Source of the DNA: an uncultured Clostridia bacterium
Lineage (GTDB): Bacteria; Bacillota; Clostridia; Christensenellales; Aristaeellaceae
Reading direction: 5' to 3'
Assembly: GCA_934663595.1 (NCBI GenBank)
Contig: CAKUKM010000001.1
Location: 22,187 to 86,186 of the forward strand
Length of the DNA stretch: 64,000 nucleotides
This document shows, one piece after another, positions 34,433 through 43,645 of the stretch (its first letter is position 1; every line of letters starts with the position of its first letter). Made by a program: the position numbers and the translations under genes. The notes under the pieces were generated by a model that worked only from the letters and a program-made list of their open reading frames with translations, was not told the origin of the DNA and searched no databases.

Positions 34433-35752
34433 ATGGAAGATTTGTTTTCAATGAGCGCCAAATCGCTCGCGCCGCTCGCGGATCGAATGCGCCCGCGAAC
34501 GCTGGATGAATTCGTGGGTCAGGAGCAGATCGTGGGCAAAAACAAGCTGCTGCGCCGCGCGATCGAGGCCGACCGGCTGACCAGCAGCATCTTCTGGGGC
34601 CCGCCCGGCTGCGGGAAAACCACGCTCGCCTCCGTAATTGCCGAAAGCACGCGCGCGGAATTCGTCAAGCTCAACGCCGTTACCAGCGGCGTGTCCGACG
34701 TGCGCGAGGTGCTGAAGGCGGCGGAGAACCGGCTGAAGCTGAACGGCCAGCCGACCTATCTGTTGCTGGACGAATGCCATCGCTGGTCGAAGGCGCAGTC
34801 GGACTCCATTCTCCCGGCGATCGAGCAGGGCGTGATTCGATTCATCGGCTCGACGACGGAGAACCCGATGATCGCCATGACCCCCGCGATCGTGAGCCGC
34901 TGCCGGCTGTTTCATTTTGAGCCGCTGAAGCCGGGGGACGTTCGCCGCGCGCTCGAACGCGCGATTGCCGATCCGGAGCGCGGCTACGGCATGCAGGACG
35001 TCAAAATCGACGAAGCGGCGATGAATCATATCGTCTCCGTTGCAAACGGCGACGCGCGCAGCGCGCTGAACGCGCTCGAGCTCGCGGTGCTGACCACGCC
35101 GATGGAGGCCGACGGCTCGACGCACATCACGCTCGAGGTGGCCGAGGAATCGATTCAGAGCCGCGTAATGCAAATGGATGAATCGATGTTTTACGACATG
35201 CTCTCGGCGTTCTGCAAGTCGCTCCGCGGCTCGGACAGCGATGCGGCGCTGGCATGGTTCGCGCGGCTGAATTACGCGGGGATCGACCCGAGAATCATCG
35301 TGCGCCGCGTGATCGCGCATGCCAGCGAGGACGTGGGCCTGGCCAATCCAATGGCGATGCTGCAGGCCGTCGCCGCTGCGCAGGCGCTGGAAACGATCGG
35401 CATGCCGGAGGCGAAGCTGCCGATTTCGCAGGCGATCATCGCCGTGTGCGAAAGCCCGAAGTCCAATTCGGTGGTAATGGCGATCGATCGCGCGATGGCG
35501 GATGCGGAGAAGGGCGGCTTTCAGAGCGTGCCCGTTCATCTGCGCGACACGCATTACAAGGGCGCGGAGCAGCTCGGCTCCGGCGAGGGCTATCAATATC
35601 CGCACGAATTCCACGGCCACTGGATTCCGCAGCAGTACGCGCCGCTCGAGGCGAAGGGCATGCCGTATTACGTGCCGAGCGAGCAGGGCTTCGAAACCGA
35701 GATCCGCAAAATCCGCGCGCAGCGCGACAAGCGGGATCCCGCGGACGTTTGA
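34433..35752 (+). CDS. rarA: replication-associated recombination protein A (AAA ATPase)
   Basis: 439 aa. GPPGCGKTTLA Walker A, LLLDECHRW, and a MgsA-type C-terminus (HLRDTHYKGAEQLG...YQYPH). Confidence 0.9.
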   Translation: MEDLFSMSAKSLAPLADRMRPRTLDEFVGQEQIVGKNKLLRRAIEADRLTSSIFWGPPGCGKTTLASVIAESTRAEFVKLNAVTSGVSDVREVLKAAENRLKLNGQPTYLLLDECHRWSKAQSDSILPAIEQGVIRFIGSTTENPMIAMTPAIVSRCRLFHFEPLKPGDVRRALERAIADPERGYGMQDVKIDEAAMNHIVSVANGDARSALNALELAVLTTPMEADGSTHITLEVAEESIQSRVMQMDESMFYDMLSAFCKSLRGSDSDAALAWFARLNYAGIDPRIIVRRVIAHASEDVGLANPMAMLQAVAAAQALETIGMPEAKLPISQAIIAVCESPKSNSVVMAIDRAMADAEKGGFQSVPVHLRDTHYKGAEQLGSGEGYQYPHEFHGHWIPQQYAPLEAKGMPYYVPSEQGFETEIRKIRAQRDKRDPADV

Positions 35753-35868
35753 AGCGCGTGTTCATTGGAAATTTACAACAAATCGCGTTGGATGACATGT
35801 TTTTGCCGTATAATAAAGCTGGACATTCTCTGCGCAAACGCGCGTAAAATTTCATTCGGAGAGGAACG

Positions 35869-37755
35869 ATGACCGAGAAAAAGAAAACCGCGTCTTCGCG
35901 AAAAATAGAACAGGACCTCTTTATGGAGGAAAAAAAGCCCGTCGCGGCGAAAAAGCTGGGCACGGGCAAAACGTCTGCCGCAAAGAAGGCGGGGACGACC
36001 GCATCCAAGACATCGACCGGCGCGAAAAAGACCGGGACGACAGCCTCTAAAACCTCGACCACGGCAAAGAAGACCGGAACGACCGCCTCTAAAACCTCGA
36101 CCACGGCAAAGAAGACCGGAACAACTGCCACCAAAACCTCGACCGGAGCAAAGAAGACCTCGAGCACGGCGACATCCAAAAGGACGGCGCGGCCTTCCGC
36201 GGGCGCGCAAAGGACGGGCGTGCAGGCCAATCCGGTTGCGGAGGCGGCGGTGAAGAGAGCGTCCCGCCCGCCGGTGAGACGGCCGGCGGCGCGCCCCGTT
36301 CTGGCCGTGAGCAATGCGCGCGAGGACGATTACGATCGCTTTCTGCGCGAGCAGGAGCGGCCGCATCGCGCGAAGAAAAGGCCGCGCAGGAAGGGGCATT
36401 TCGCAATTACGCTTTTGCTGCTGCTGCTGATCGGCGGCGTGTGCGTGCTGGGCTATCGCCAGAACGCGCGCTATGCCGCGTTTGCGGAGATGAAGACCGC
36501 GGTCAACCGGCAGACGTTTTATCAGGGAACGACGGTGGACGGCGTGGACGTTTCCGCAATGACGCTCGAGCAGGCGCTGGATTATTGGGAGACGAATATC
36601 GAGGCGCCGAATCGCAGCCGCACGGTGACGCTTTCCAACGGAACGAGCTATACCGCGCAGGAGCTCGGCTATCAGAGCGACGCGCAGACGGTGCTTACCA
36701 ACGCGTATTCCGCCGGGCGCTCCGGTTCGCTCGAGGAACGGTATCAGGCGCTGAACGAGCGCGCGGGCCAGCCGGCGAATTATCAGATTACGCGCACGAT
36801 GTATGATTCACAGATCATCGCCGCGTATGTCAATCAGCTCGCCGCTGAAATCGATGCGCCCGCGACGGACGCGAAGATCGAATCGTTCGACACGAGCAGC
36901 TATCAGTTTACCTTCACCGAGGGAACGGCGGGCAAAAAGCTCGATACCGATTCGCTGAAGGCGGATATTGCGCGCGCGCTGGACGCGGGCGGCGGCAGCG
37001 TCGAGCTGCACGTGAGCGCGATTCAGCCGTCGGTGCAGACGAGCGATATTTCCTCGCAGTACGGCCTGATCGCCTATGCGGTCACGAACGCGTCGTCCTC
37101 GAGTTCAAACCGCCTGTCGAATATCCGGCTGGCGCTGCAGCTGATCAATGGAACGCGCATCGCGCCCGGCGAATCGTTCTCGTTTAACGATACCGTCGGC
37201 AAGCGCACCACGGAGCGCGGCTTTAAGGTCGCCACGGCGTATTCCAGCGGCGAGGTCACCGAGGACGTCGGCGGCGGCATCTGCCAGGTGTCGACGACGC
37301 TGTTCAACGCCGTCGTGAAGGCGGATATGCAGATCGACGAGCGACACAACCATTCGCTCACGGTGGCGTATGTCGACAAGGGCAAGGACGCGGCGGTCAA
37401 CTGGAAAAGCCAGGATCTGCGATTTACGAATACGTCGGACGACGATATCTATCTCGTGTGCGTGCTGACGGACGATAAGCGCGTGCGCATCGGCGTGTTC
37501 GGAAAGCTCCTGCCGAACGGCGAGACGATTGAAATCGACGCGGAAACGACCGGAACGATCGATTATGAAACGGTGTATCAGCCGAGTCTGTCGCTCGCGC
37601 CGGGCACGCAGAGCGTCGTCAAAAACGGCAAGAACGGCTACACGGCGATGGCTTACAAGGTGCGCAAGGACGCAAACGGCAATACGATCAGCCGCGAGCT
37701 GCTTTGCAAGAGCAGCTACAAGGCGACCAATCAGGTGATCGAATACGGCCCGTGA
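35869..37755 (+). CDS. VanW/YoaR-like membrane protein with Lys/Thr-rich repeat N-terminus
   Basis: 628 aa. Single TM (FAITLLLLLLIGGVCVLGY). VanW-type core (FSFNDTVGKRTTERGF...GGGICQVSTTLFNA...HS). Confidence 0.75.
   Translation: MTEKKKTASSRKIEQDLFMEEKKPVAAKKLGTGKTSAAKKAGTTASKTSTGAKKTGTTASKTSTTAKKTGTTASKTSTTAKKTGTTATKTSTGAKKTSSTATSKRTARPSAGAQRTGVQANPVAEAAVKRASRPPVRRPAARPVLAVSNAREDDYDRFLREQERPHRAKKRPRRKGHFAITLLLLLLIGGVCVLGYRQNARYAAFAEMKTAVNRQTFYQGTTVDGVDVSAMTLEQALDYWETNIEAPNRSRTVTLSNGTSYTAQELGYQSDAQTVLTNAYSAGRSGSLEERYQALNERAGQPANYQITRTMYDSQIIAAYVNQLAAEIDAPATDAKIESFDTSSYQFTFTEGTAGKKLDTDSLKADIARALDAGGGSVELHVSAIQPSVQTSDISSQYGLIAYAVTNASSSSSNRLSNIRLALQLINGTRIAPGESFSFNDTVGKRTTERGFKVATAYSSGEVTEDVGGGICQVSTTLFNAVVKADMQIDERHNHSLTVAYVDKGKDAAVNWKSQDLRFTNTSDDDIYLVCVLTDDKRVRIGVFGKLLPNGETIEIDAETTGTIDYETVYQPSLSLAPGTQSVVKNGKNGYTAMAYKVRKDANGNTISRELLCKSSYKATNQVIEYGP
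35980..36180 (+). repeat. in-frame 42-nt (14-aa AKKTGTTASKTSTT) tandem repeats, about 4.7 copies
   Basis: Two adjacent units are identical at the DNA level (36022-36063 and 36064-36105). The flanking units are degenerate. Confidence 0.85.
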
Positions 37756-37784
37756 TTGCAATTGCGCGCGGCGTGTGCTATACT
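37756..37784 (+). promoter_or_regulatory. promoter for the small membrane protein / UDG operon
   Basis: TTGCAA, 17 nt, TATACT. Confidence 0.55.
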
Positions 37785-37811
37785 GAAGAAAAAGCGGGGA
37801 GGGATACGGCG

Positions 37812-38033
37812 ATGGCGAGAATTTTTACGCGCCAGGAGGTGCGCAAGCGCAAAATGAAATATCAGGTTTTTGCGGGAATGGCGGATTTCATCGGAATTCT
37901 GCTGGGATTGATCGTGATCGCCGCCTGCATTTTCCTGCTGATTACGCTGATTCGCTGGGCGGTTTCCGGCGTGGAGGTCTCGTTTGCCACGCTGTGGGAC
38001 ATGTTCATGAGCGCAATCATCATTCCGGAATAA
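37812..38033 (+). CDS. small membrane protein, unknown function
   Basis: 73 aa. One long hydrophobic helix (FAGMADFIGILLGLIVIAACIFLLITLI). Confidence 0.5.
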   Translation: MARIFTRQEVRKRKMKYQVFAGMADFIGILLGLIVIAACIFLLITLIRWAVSGVEVSFATLWDMFMSAIIIPE

Positions 38034-38046
38034 GGAGGAAAAGAGC

Positions 38047-38643
38047 ATGCGCGTTTCCTGGGCGGAATTTTCCGATGCGATGCAGGACTGCCGCCGCTGC
38101 CGGCTTTGCGAGGGCAGGAATCACATCGTGCCCGGCGAGGGCAATCCCAATGCCGATCTGATGTTCATCGGCGAGGGCCCCGGGCAGGAGGAGGATCGGC
38201 TGGGCCGGCCGTTCGTCGGCCGCTCCGGCGAGCTGCTTACGCGCATGATCCACGCAATCGGCGTCGAGCGCGCGGATACCTATATCTGCAATATCGTGAA
38301 ATGCCGCCCGCCGCAGAATCGCACGCCCGAGGCGGACGAGGCCGCGGCCTGCAAGGAGTTTCTCCGCATGCAGTTCGCGCTGGTGCGGCCGAAGGTGATC
38401 GTGCTGCTGGGCAAAACCGCATGCCGGTATACGATCGGCGAGGACATTTACATTACCCGCGACCACGGCCGCTGGTTTGAGCGCAAGGGCGTGTGGTTTC
38501 TGCCGACGTTTCATCCCTCGGCGCTGCTGCGCGATCCGGAAAAAAAGCGCGACGCATGGGATGATTTCCAGAAGCTGCGGGCAAAACTAAATGAAATCAG
38601 GGATTCCGGAGGGAACGCGGAGAATGGAGAAGCTGCGCGCTGA
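38047..38643 (+). CDS. uracil-DNA glycosylase, family 4 (Fe-S type)
   Basis: 198 aa. CRRCRLC...[20 protein letters not shown]...CNIVKCRPP...FHPSALLR. Confidence 0.85.
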   Translation: MRVSWAEFSDAMQDCRRCRLCEGRNHIVPGEGNPNADLMFIGEGPGQEEDRLGRPFVGRSGELLTRMIHAIGVERADTYICNIVKCRPPQNRTPEADEAAACKEFLRMQFALVRPKVIVLLGKTACRYTIGEDIYITRDHGRWFERKGVWFLPTFHPSALLRDPEKKRDAWDDFQKLRAKLNEIRDSGGNAENGEAAR

Positions 38644-39187
38644 AATGCAACGGCTGATGAATCAGCTCTACGAAGGCGAAAACAAGGTGCTGGTCTTTGG
38701 CGAAGGCGCGATCGGCGCGCGCGTAATGCTCGTGGGCGAAGCGCCGGGCGCGCAGGAAGCGCTGCTGGGCCGGCCGTTCGTGGGCAAGGCGGGCAAGAAT
38801 CTGAACGAGTTTCTCGAACTGGCCGGATTGGATCGCGGCGAGCTGTATGTGACCAATACGGTGAAATTCCGCCCCACACGCGTGTCCGAGGCCGGGAGAA
38901 ACGTCAATCGCCCGCCCACGCAGGAGGAGGTCGCGCTGTTTTTGCCGTTTCTCCGCCGCGAAATCGATCTGGTTGCGCCGGAATACGTGGTGACGCTCGG
39001 AAACGTGCCGCTGCGCGCGCTCACGGATCGCAAAACCGTGATTGGCGACGTGCACGGCCGGCTTCTGGAGCGCGGGAACATGCGGATTTACCCGATGTAT
39101 CATCCCGCGTCGGTGATTTACAATCCGTCGCTCAAGGAGACTTACCGCGCGGATGTGCTGCATCTGGCGGAGCTTTTGAGGGCGTAA
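38624..39187 (+). CDS. uracil-DNA glycosylase superfamily protein, family-4-like but cysteine-free
   Basis: About 187 aa, overlapping the previous gene by 20 nt. GEAPGAQEALLGRPFVGKAG...TNTVKFRPT...YHPASVIY. There is no Cys in the whole ORF. Confidence 0.75.
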   Translation: MEKLRAEMQRLMNQLYEGENKVLVFGEGAIGARVMLVGEAPGAQEALLGRPFVGKAGKNLNEFLELAGLDRGELYVTNTVKFRPTRVSEAGRNVNRPPTQEEVALFLPFLRREIDLVAPEYVVTLGNVPLRALTDRKTVIGDVHGRLLERGNMRIYPMYHPASVIYNPSLKETYRADVLHLAELLRA

Positions 39188-39197
39188 AGGACAAAAG

Positions 39198-39222
39198 CGT
39201 CGGAAAATTCCGGCGTTTTTTT
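39198..39222 (+). terminator. intrinsic terminator after the UDG pair
   Basis: CGTCGG-aaaatt-CCGGCG followed by T7. Confidence 0.65.
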
Positions 39223-39294
39223 ATCGGGCGATTCAGAAAACGCAAAATATCGAATAAAATGGCTTGGAAAGTGTCATTTTACGCCTGGAGGGGC

Positions 39295-39322
39295 TTGCAC
39301 AATAGCATGAAATGTGTATAAT
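39295..39322 (+). promoter_or_regulatory. promoter for the zinc-ribbon/phosphoesterase operon
   Basis: TTGCAC, 16 nt, TATAAT. Confidence 0.55.
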
Positions 39323-39397
39323 AACAGGGTAGCGGTGAAAGCAGGCGCTTTTTTGCCGCGCGAATATTCTTCAGGCGCTTATTTGGGAGGAATCTGA

Positions 39398-39805
39398 ATG
39401 AAACTGGTCTTGTGCCCGCGCTGCGAGCTGAATTACATGAATGAGAACGAGAAGATGTGTTCCGTTTGCCGCCGCGAGGTGAAGGGCGAAAGCGAACAGT
39501 TCGAGATGATTGAAATGTGCTCCGAGTGCGGCGAAAATCCGGTCGTTCCCGGAAAGGAGCTTTGCGCATCCTGCTTGAAGGAGCTGGCGCGCCGCTCCGC
39601 AATGAACACCGACGATACCGTCGAGCCCAGCGGGGCGAATATCGAAATCGATTCCGTGTCCTCGATGGACGAAATCGAGATCGACGAGCTGCCGGACGAC
39701 ATCAGCGACGAGGACTTCGACGACGACGATTTCGGCAAGAGCGAGATCGACGACGGCGACGATGACGACGACGATGATGATGACGACGACGATGAGGATG
39801 AATAA
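39398..39805 (+). CDS. zinc-ribbon protein with extremely acidic C-terminal tail
   Basis: 135 aa. CPRC...CSVC and CSEC...CASC pairs. The last approximately 55 aa are mostly Asp/Glu, ending DDGDDDDDDDDDDDDEDE. Confidence 0.65.
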   Translation: MKLVLCPRCELNYMNENEKMCSVCRREVKGESEQFEMIEMCSECGENPVVPGKELCASCLKELARRSAMNTDDTVEPSGANIEIDSVSSMDEIEIDELPDDISDEDFDDDDFGKSEIDDGDDDDDDDDDDDDEDE

Positions 39806-39807
39806 CA

Positions 39808-40497
39808 TTGGCAGTCTTCGCCATATCTGACCTGCATTTGCCTGCGCGCCAGAAGCCGATGGACGTATTTGGCGCGCACTGGGCGAATCACTTTGACAAA
39901 ATATCGGAGGACTGGCGCGCCCGGGTGAGAAACGAGGATATCGTGCTCTTACCGGGCGATTTGACGTGGGCAATGCATCTGGAAGAGGCGATGGAGGACG
40001 TGCGTCGCGTGGGCGAGCTGCCTGGAAAAAAGCTGATTCTGCGCGGCAATCACGATTACTGGTGGAGCGCGATCGGCCGCGTGCGCCGCGCATTGCCGGA
40101 GAACATGTTCGCCATTCAGAACGACGCGATGCTGCTGGACGGCGTCCTCTTTGCCGGAACGCGCGGCTGGACGATCCCGGGAGCCGATGCGGATCCGGAC
40201 GACGTGCGCATTTACAATCGCGAGCGGCTGCGGCTGGAAATGTCGATGAAGGCCGCGCGCCGGATCGATGCGAACGCGCCGATCGTGGCGATGCTGCATT
40301 ATCCGCCGCTGATGGAATCGGCGAAGGGCTTTTCCGATATACTGGAGAACTACGGCGTGGCGGATTGCGTGTACGGCCATCTTCACGGCGCAAGCATCGC
40401 CGGGGCCGTTCGCGGGCTCCGCGGCGGCGTGCGCTATCATCAGGTCTCGTGCGACGGGCTGGATTTTAAACTGTATCTTTTAAAGAATTATGGATAA
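39808..40497 (+). CDS. metallophosphoesterase family protein
   Basis: 229 aa with TTG start 2 nt after the previous stop. SDLHL, GDLTW, GNHDYWW, HYPP motifs. Confidence 0.8.
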   Translation: MAVFAISDLHLPARQKPMDVFGAHWANHFDKISEDWRARVRNEDIVLLPGDLTWAMHLEEAMEDVRRVGELPGKKLILRGNHDYWWSAIGRVRRALPENMFAIQNDAMLLDGVLFAGTRGWTIPGADADPDDVRIYNRERLRLEMSMKAARRIDANAPIVAMLHYPPLMESAKGFSDILENYGVADCVYGHLHGASIAGAVRGLRGGVRYHQVSCDGLDFKLYLLKNYG

Positions 40498-40512
40498 ATA
40501 CCGGAGGAGATT

Positions 40513-41421
40513 ATGAACGGACGTATTTTGCTGGTGCTGAACCCGTGCGCCGGGCAGCGGCGCGCCAACCGTGTGCTTGCGGAAATCATCCGAACAATTC
40601 TGGACGGCGGCTATCGCTGCGAAACCTTCGTGACCGCGCGGCGCGGCGATTGCACCGACTATGTCTCCGAGCATGCGAAGGAGTTCGATCGCGTGATTTG
40701 CGCCGGCGGCGACGGCACGCTCAACGAAACGATTGCCGGCATGCTGCGCGCGGGCGCGGAAACGCCGATCGGCTATATTCCCTGCGGAACGACGAACGAC
40801 TTCGCCGCGTCCCTCGGCCTTTCGACGGACATTGAGCAGGCGGCGGCGGACGCGGTGGGCGGCGTGCCTTCGGCGTTCGACGTCGGCGCTTTTGGAGATC
40901 GGTATTTTACCTATACCGCGTCCTGCGGCGCGTTTACCAAGGCGTCCTACAGCACGCCGCAATCGATGAAGAATCTGATGGGCCATCTGGCGTATATTCT
41001 CGAGGGCATTAAGGATTTGCCGTCGATTCGGCCCACGCATCTGAAGATCACCACCGAGGCGCGCGAGATCGAGGACGATTTCATATTCTGTTCCATCACG
41101 AATTCCACGTCCGTCGGCGGCATTCTGAAGCTGGACGCGGAGCGCGTTGCACTGAACGACGGATTGTTCGAGGTCATTCTCGTGCGCCGGCCGGTCACGG
41201 CGATGCAGCTGAGCAGCATCATCCACGGCGTAACCACGATGGACTTGCCCAACGAGATGATTCACTTCTTCACCGCGCGCGAGATTCTCGTTCGCAGCGA
41301 CGTGCCGGTGGAATGGACGCTCGACGGCGAGCACGCCGAGGGCGGCAGCGAGGTGCTGATGCGCAATCTGCACAGCGCGATTCGAATCATGCTTCCGAAA
41401 AAAGCGGAAGAAGATGCGTAA
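40513..41421 (+). CDS. diacylglycerol kinase family lipid kinase (YegS/BmrU type)
   Basis: 302 aa. LLVLNPCAG...ICAGGDGTLNE...IPCGTTNDFA. Confidence 0.85.
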   Translation: MNGRILLVLNPCAGQRRANRVLAEIIRTILDGGYRCETFVTARRGDCTDYVSEHAKEFDRVICAGGDGTLNETIAGMLRAGAETPIGYIPCGTTNDFAASLGLSTDIEQAAADAVGGVPSAFDVGAFGDRYFTYTASCGAFTKASYSTPQSMKNLMGHLAYILEGIKDLPSIRPTHLKITTEAREIEDDFIFCSITNSTSVGGILKLDAERVALNDGLFEVILVRRPVTAMQLSSIIHGVTTMDLPNEMIHFFTAREILVRSDVPVEWTLDGEHAEGGSEVLMRNLHSAIRIMLPKKAEEDA

Positions 41422-42075
41422 ATGAAGATCAATTATCAGCTTGAAATGGAAAAGGAGCTTCGGCGCATTCAGGCGCTCGGCGTTCGGCCGCGCCTTCTGC
41501 TGCACAGCTGCTGCGCCCCATGCTCCAGCGCCGTGCTCGAGCGCCTGACGGAGGCGTTTGAGATCACCGTGTTCTATTACAACCCGAATATCGCGCCCGA
41601 GGAGGAGTTCCGCCGCCGCGCGCAGGAGCAAATGCGCCTGATCGAGGCGATGCCGCATTGCGGAAGCATCGAATTCCTCTGCGGGAATTACGACGTGCAG
41701 CGGTTCGAGCATCTGGCGCACGGGTTGGAGGACGCGCCCGAGGGCGGCGAGCGCTGCACGCGATGCTTTTATCTGCGCCTCGGCGAAACCGCTCGCGTCG
41801 CCCGGAAAATGGGCTTTGATTACTTCACGACGACGCTGTCCATCAGCCCGCTCAAGGACGCGCAGCGCCTGAATCGCATTGGAGGCGAGCTCTCGCAGCG
41901 CTTCGGCACGCCCTATCTGTTTTCCGATTTCAAGAAAAAGGACGGTTACCGCCGCTCCTGCGCGCTCTCCGAGGTCTATGGCCTCTATCGCCAGGATTAC
42001 TGCGGCTGCCGATTCTCCAGGGAGGAGCGCGACCGCCGCTTGAATGCGTTAAATGTCACCTCTAAAACCGAATAA
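41422..42075 (+). CDS. queH: epoxyqueuosine reductase QueH
   Basis: 217 aa. LLHSCCAPCS, and a Cys-rich C-terminus (DYCGCRFS). Confidence 0.85.
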   Translation: MKINYQLEMEKELRRIQALGVRPRLLLHSCCAPCSSAVLERLTEAFEITVFYYNPNIAPEEEFRRRAQEQMRLIEAMPHCGSIEFLCGNYDVQRFEHLAHGLEDAPEGGERCTRCFYLRLGETARVARKMGFDYFTTTLSISPLKDAQRLNRIGGELSQRFGTPYLFSDFKKKDGYRRSCALSEVYGLYRQDYCGCRFSREERDRRLNALNVTSKTE

Positions 42076-42078
42076 TGG

Positions 42079-42107
42079 TTGACAATTAATCCTTCGCATG
42101 CTATTCT
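42079..42107 (+). promoter_or_regulatory. promoter for birA-bioY
   Basis: TTGACA, 17 nt, TATTCT. Confidence 0.5.
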
Positions 42108-42138
42108 AAACGAGGAAACAGCGTGCGGAGGTTTTTTT

Positions 42139-43089
42139 ATGGAAACGAGAGAGCGCGTGCTGGCGGCGCTGATGGAGTCGCCGGCGGGGAAATCGGGCGA
42201 GGCGCTGGCGAAGGAGCTGGGCGTGTCGCGCAATGCGATCTGGAAGGCGGTCGCGGCGCTGAAGCAGGAGGGCTACAGCATATCGGCCCGGCAGAACGTG
42301 GGGTATCGATTGGAAAACGAGCCGGTGAGCGCAATCGGCATTCGCCGGGCGATGCGGCATGTGATTCCCATCGAGGTCGCGGACGAAATGGAATCCACGA
42401 ACAACCGCGCGAAGGCGCTGGCGGAGAGCGGCGTTCCGGCGGGAACGCTGGTTTGCGCGCGGCGTCAGACGGGCGGTCGCGGGCGCTACGGGCGGCCGTT
42501 CTTTTCGCCGGAGGGCGGCGTGTATATGAGCGTGATTCTGCGGCCGAACGTGCCGGCGGAGCGCGCCGTAATGCTCACGCCGATGGCGGCGGTGGCGGCG
42601 GCGCGCGCGATCGAGGCGCTGGCGGAGGTTCGAGTGGAGATCAAATGGGTCAACGATCTGTTCATTCGCGGCAAAAAGGTCAGCGGCATTCTGAGCGAGG
42701 CGAGCATGGACTTCGAATCCGGCCAGCTCGCGTATGCGGTGATTGGCATGGGCATTAACGTTTCGCCCATGACCTTCCCGGACGAGCTGGTCAATGTCGC
42801 CACGTCGATCGGAAACGAATGGCCGGGCAAGGTTTCGCCCAATCGCCTGATCGCGGGCGTGTGCGACAATCTTCTCGACCTGTCGGGCGATTTGGAAACG
42901 ACCGCGTTTATGGACGAATACCGCGCGCGGTCGAACGTCATTGGCAAGCGGATTCAGGTGCGCAGGGGCGACGAGCAATTCCCGGCGCGCGCGATTGCGA
43001 TCGACGATGCCGGCGGACTCGTGATTGAAACGGAAGACGGAACGCAGACCGTGCGCTCGGGCGAAATCAGCGTGCGGCTGGAAAACTGA
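42139..43089 (+). CDS. birA: bifunctional biotin-protein ligase / repressor BirA
   Basis: ATG after GGAGG (the track ORF starts at the -35 TTG). HTH GEALAKELGVSRNAIWKAVAALK. QTGGRGRYGRPF motif. Confidence 0.9.
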   Translation: METRERVLAALMESPAGKSGEALAKELGVSRNAIWKAVAALKQEGYSISARQNVGYRLENEPVSAIGIRRAMRHVIPIEVADEMESTNNRAKALAESGVPAGTLVCARRQTGGRGRYGRPFFSPEGGVYMSVILRPNVPAERAVMLTPMAAVAAARAIEALAEVRVEIKWVNDLFIRGKKVSGILSEASMDFESGQLAYAVIGMGINVSPMTFPDELVNVATSIGNEWPGKVSPNRLIAGVCDNLLDLSGDLETTAFMDEYRARSNVIGKRIQVRRGDEQFPARAIAIDDAGGLVIETEDGTQTVRSGEISVRLEN

Positions 43090-43102
43090 GGAGGAAAGAA
43101 CG

Positions 43103-43609
43103 ATGAATGTAAAGAGAATGTGCCGAATTGCGCTGCTGACGGCGGTGATCTGCGTGGTGGCGCCGCTGTCGATTCAGACGGGCGCGATTCCGATTTCGCT
43201 GGCGACGCTGGCGGTGTATATCGCGGGCATTTGCCTGGGACCGCGCGACGCGGTGATTGCGGTTGCGCTGTATTTGCTGATCGGCGGCGCGGGGCTTCCG
43301 GTGTTTTCCGGCTTTTCGAGGGGCTTTGCGCACATCGCCGGGCCCACGGGCGGCTATATGATCGGGTATTTGCCGATGGCGCTGCTGTCCGGCCTTGCGC
43401 GCGGCAAAAAGGCGGGAATGCGCTGGGTATTGCTGATTGCCGCGACCGCCGCGTGCTATTTGCTGGGCACGGTGTGGTTCATCGTGGAAACGGGCACGCA
43501 GCCGCTGGCCGCGCTCAGCGCGTGCGTCATTCCGTTCCTGCCGGGCGATTTGCTGAAAATGCTGGTCGTCGCGCTCCCGGCCAGACGCCTCGAGGCGATC
43601 ACGGCTTAA
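43103..43609 (+). CDS. bioY: biotin transporter BioY (ECF S component)
   Basis: 168 aa. ...PISLATLAVYIAGICLGPR...GGAGLPVFSGF...GPTGGYMIGY. Confidence 0.9.
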   Translation: MNVKRMCRIALLTAVICVVAPLSIQTGAIPISLATLAVYIAGICLGPRDAVIAVALYLLIGGAGLPVFSGFSRGFAHIAGPTGGYMIGYLPMALLSGLARGKKAGMRWVLLIAATAACYLLGTVWFIVETGTQPLAALSACVIPFLPGDLLKMLVVALPARRLEAITA

Positions 43610-43613
43610 ATTC

Positions 43614-43645
43614 AAAAAGCGTCTCTTTCGCAGAGACGCTTTTTA
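43614..43645. terminator. bidirectional terminator
   Basis: AAAAAGCGTCTC-loop-GAGACGCTTTTT between convergent genes. Confidence 0.75.

Noticed and set aside
42076-42138. A BirA operator upstream of birA-bioY.
   Set aside because: A promoter is visible, but I could not find a convincing inverted repeat of the BirA-box type. None is claimed.
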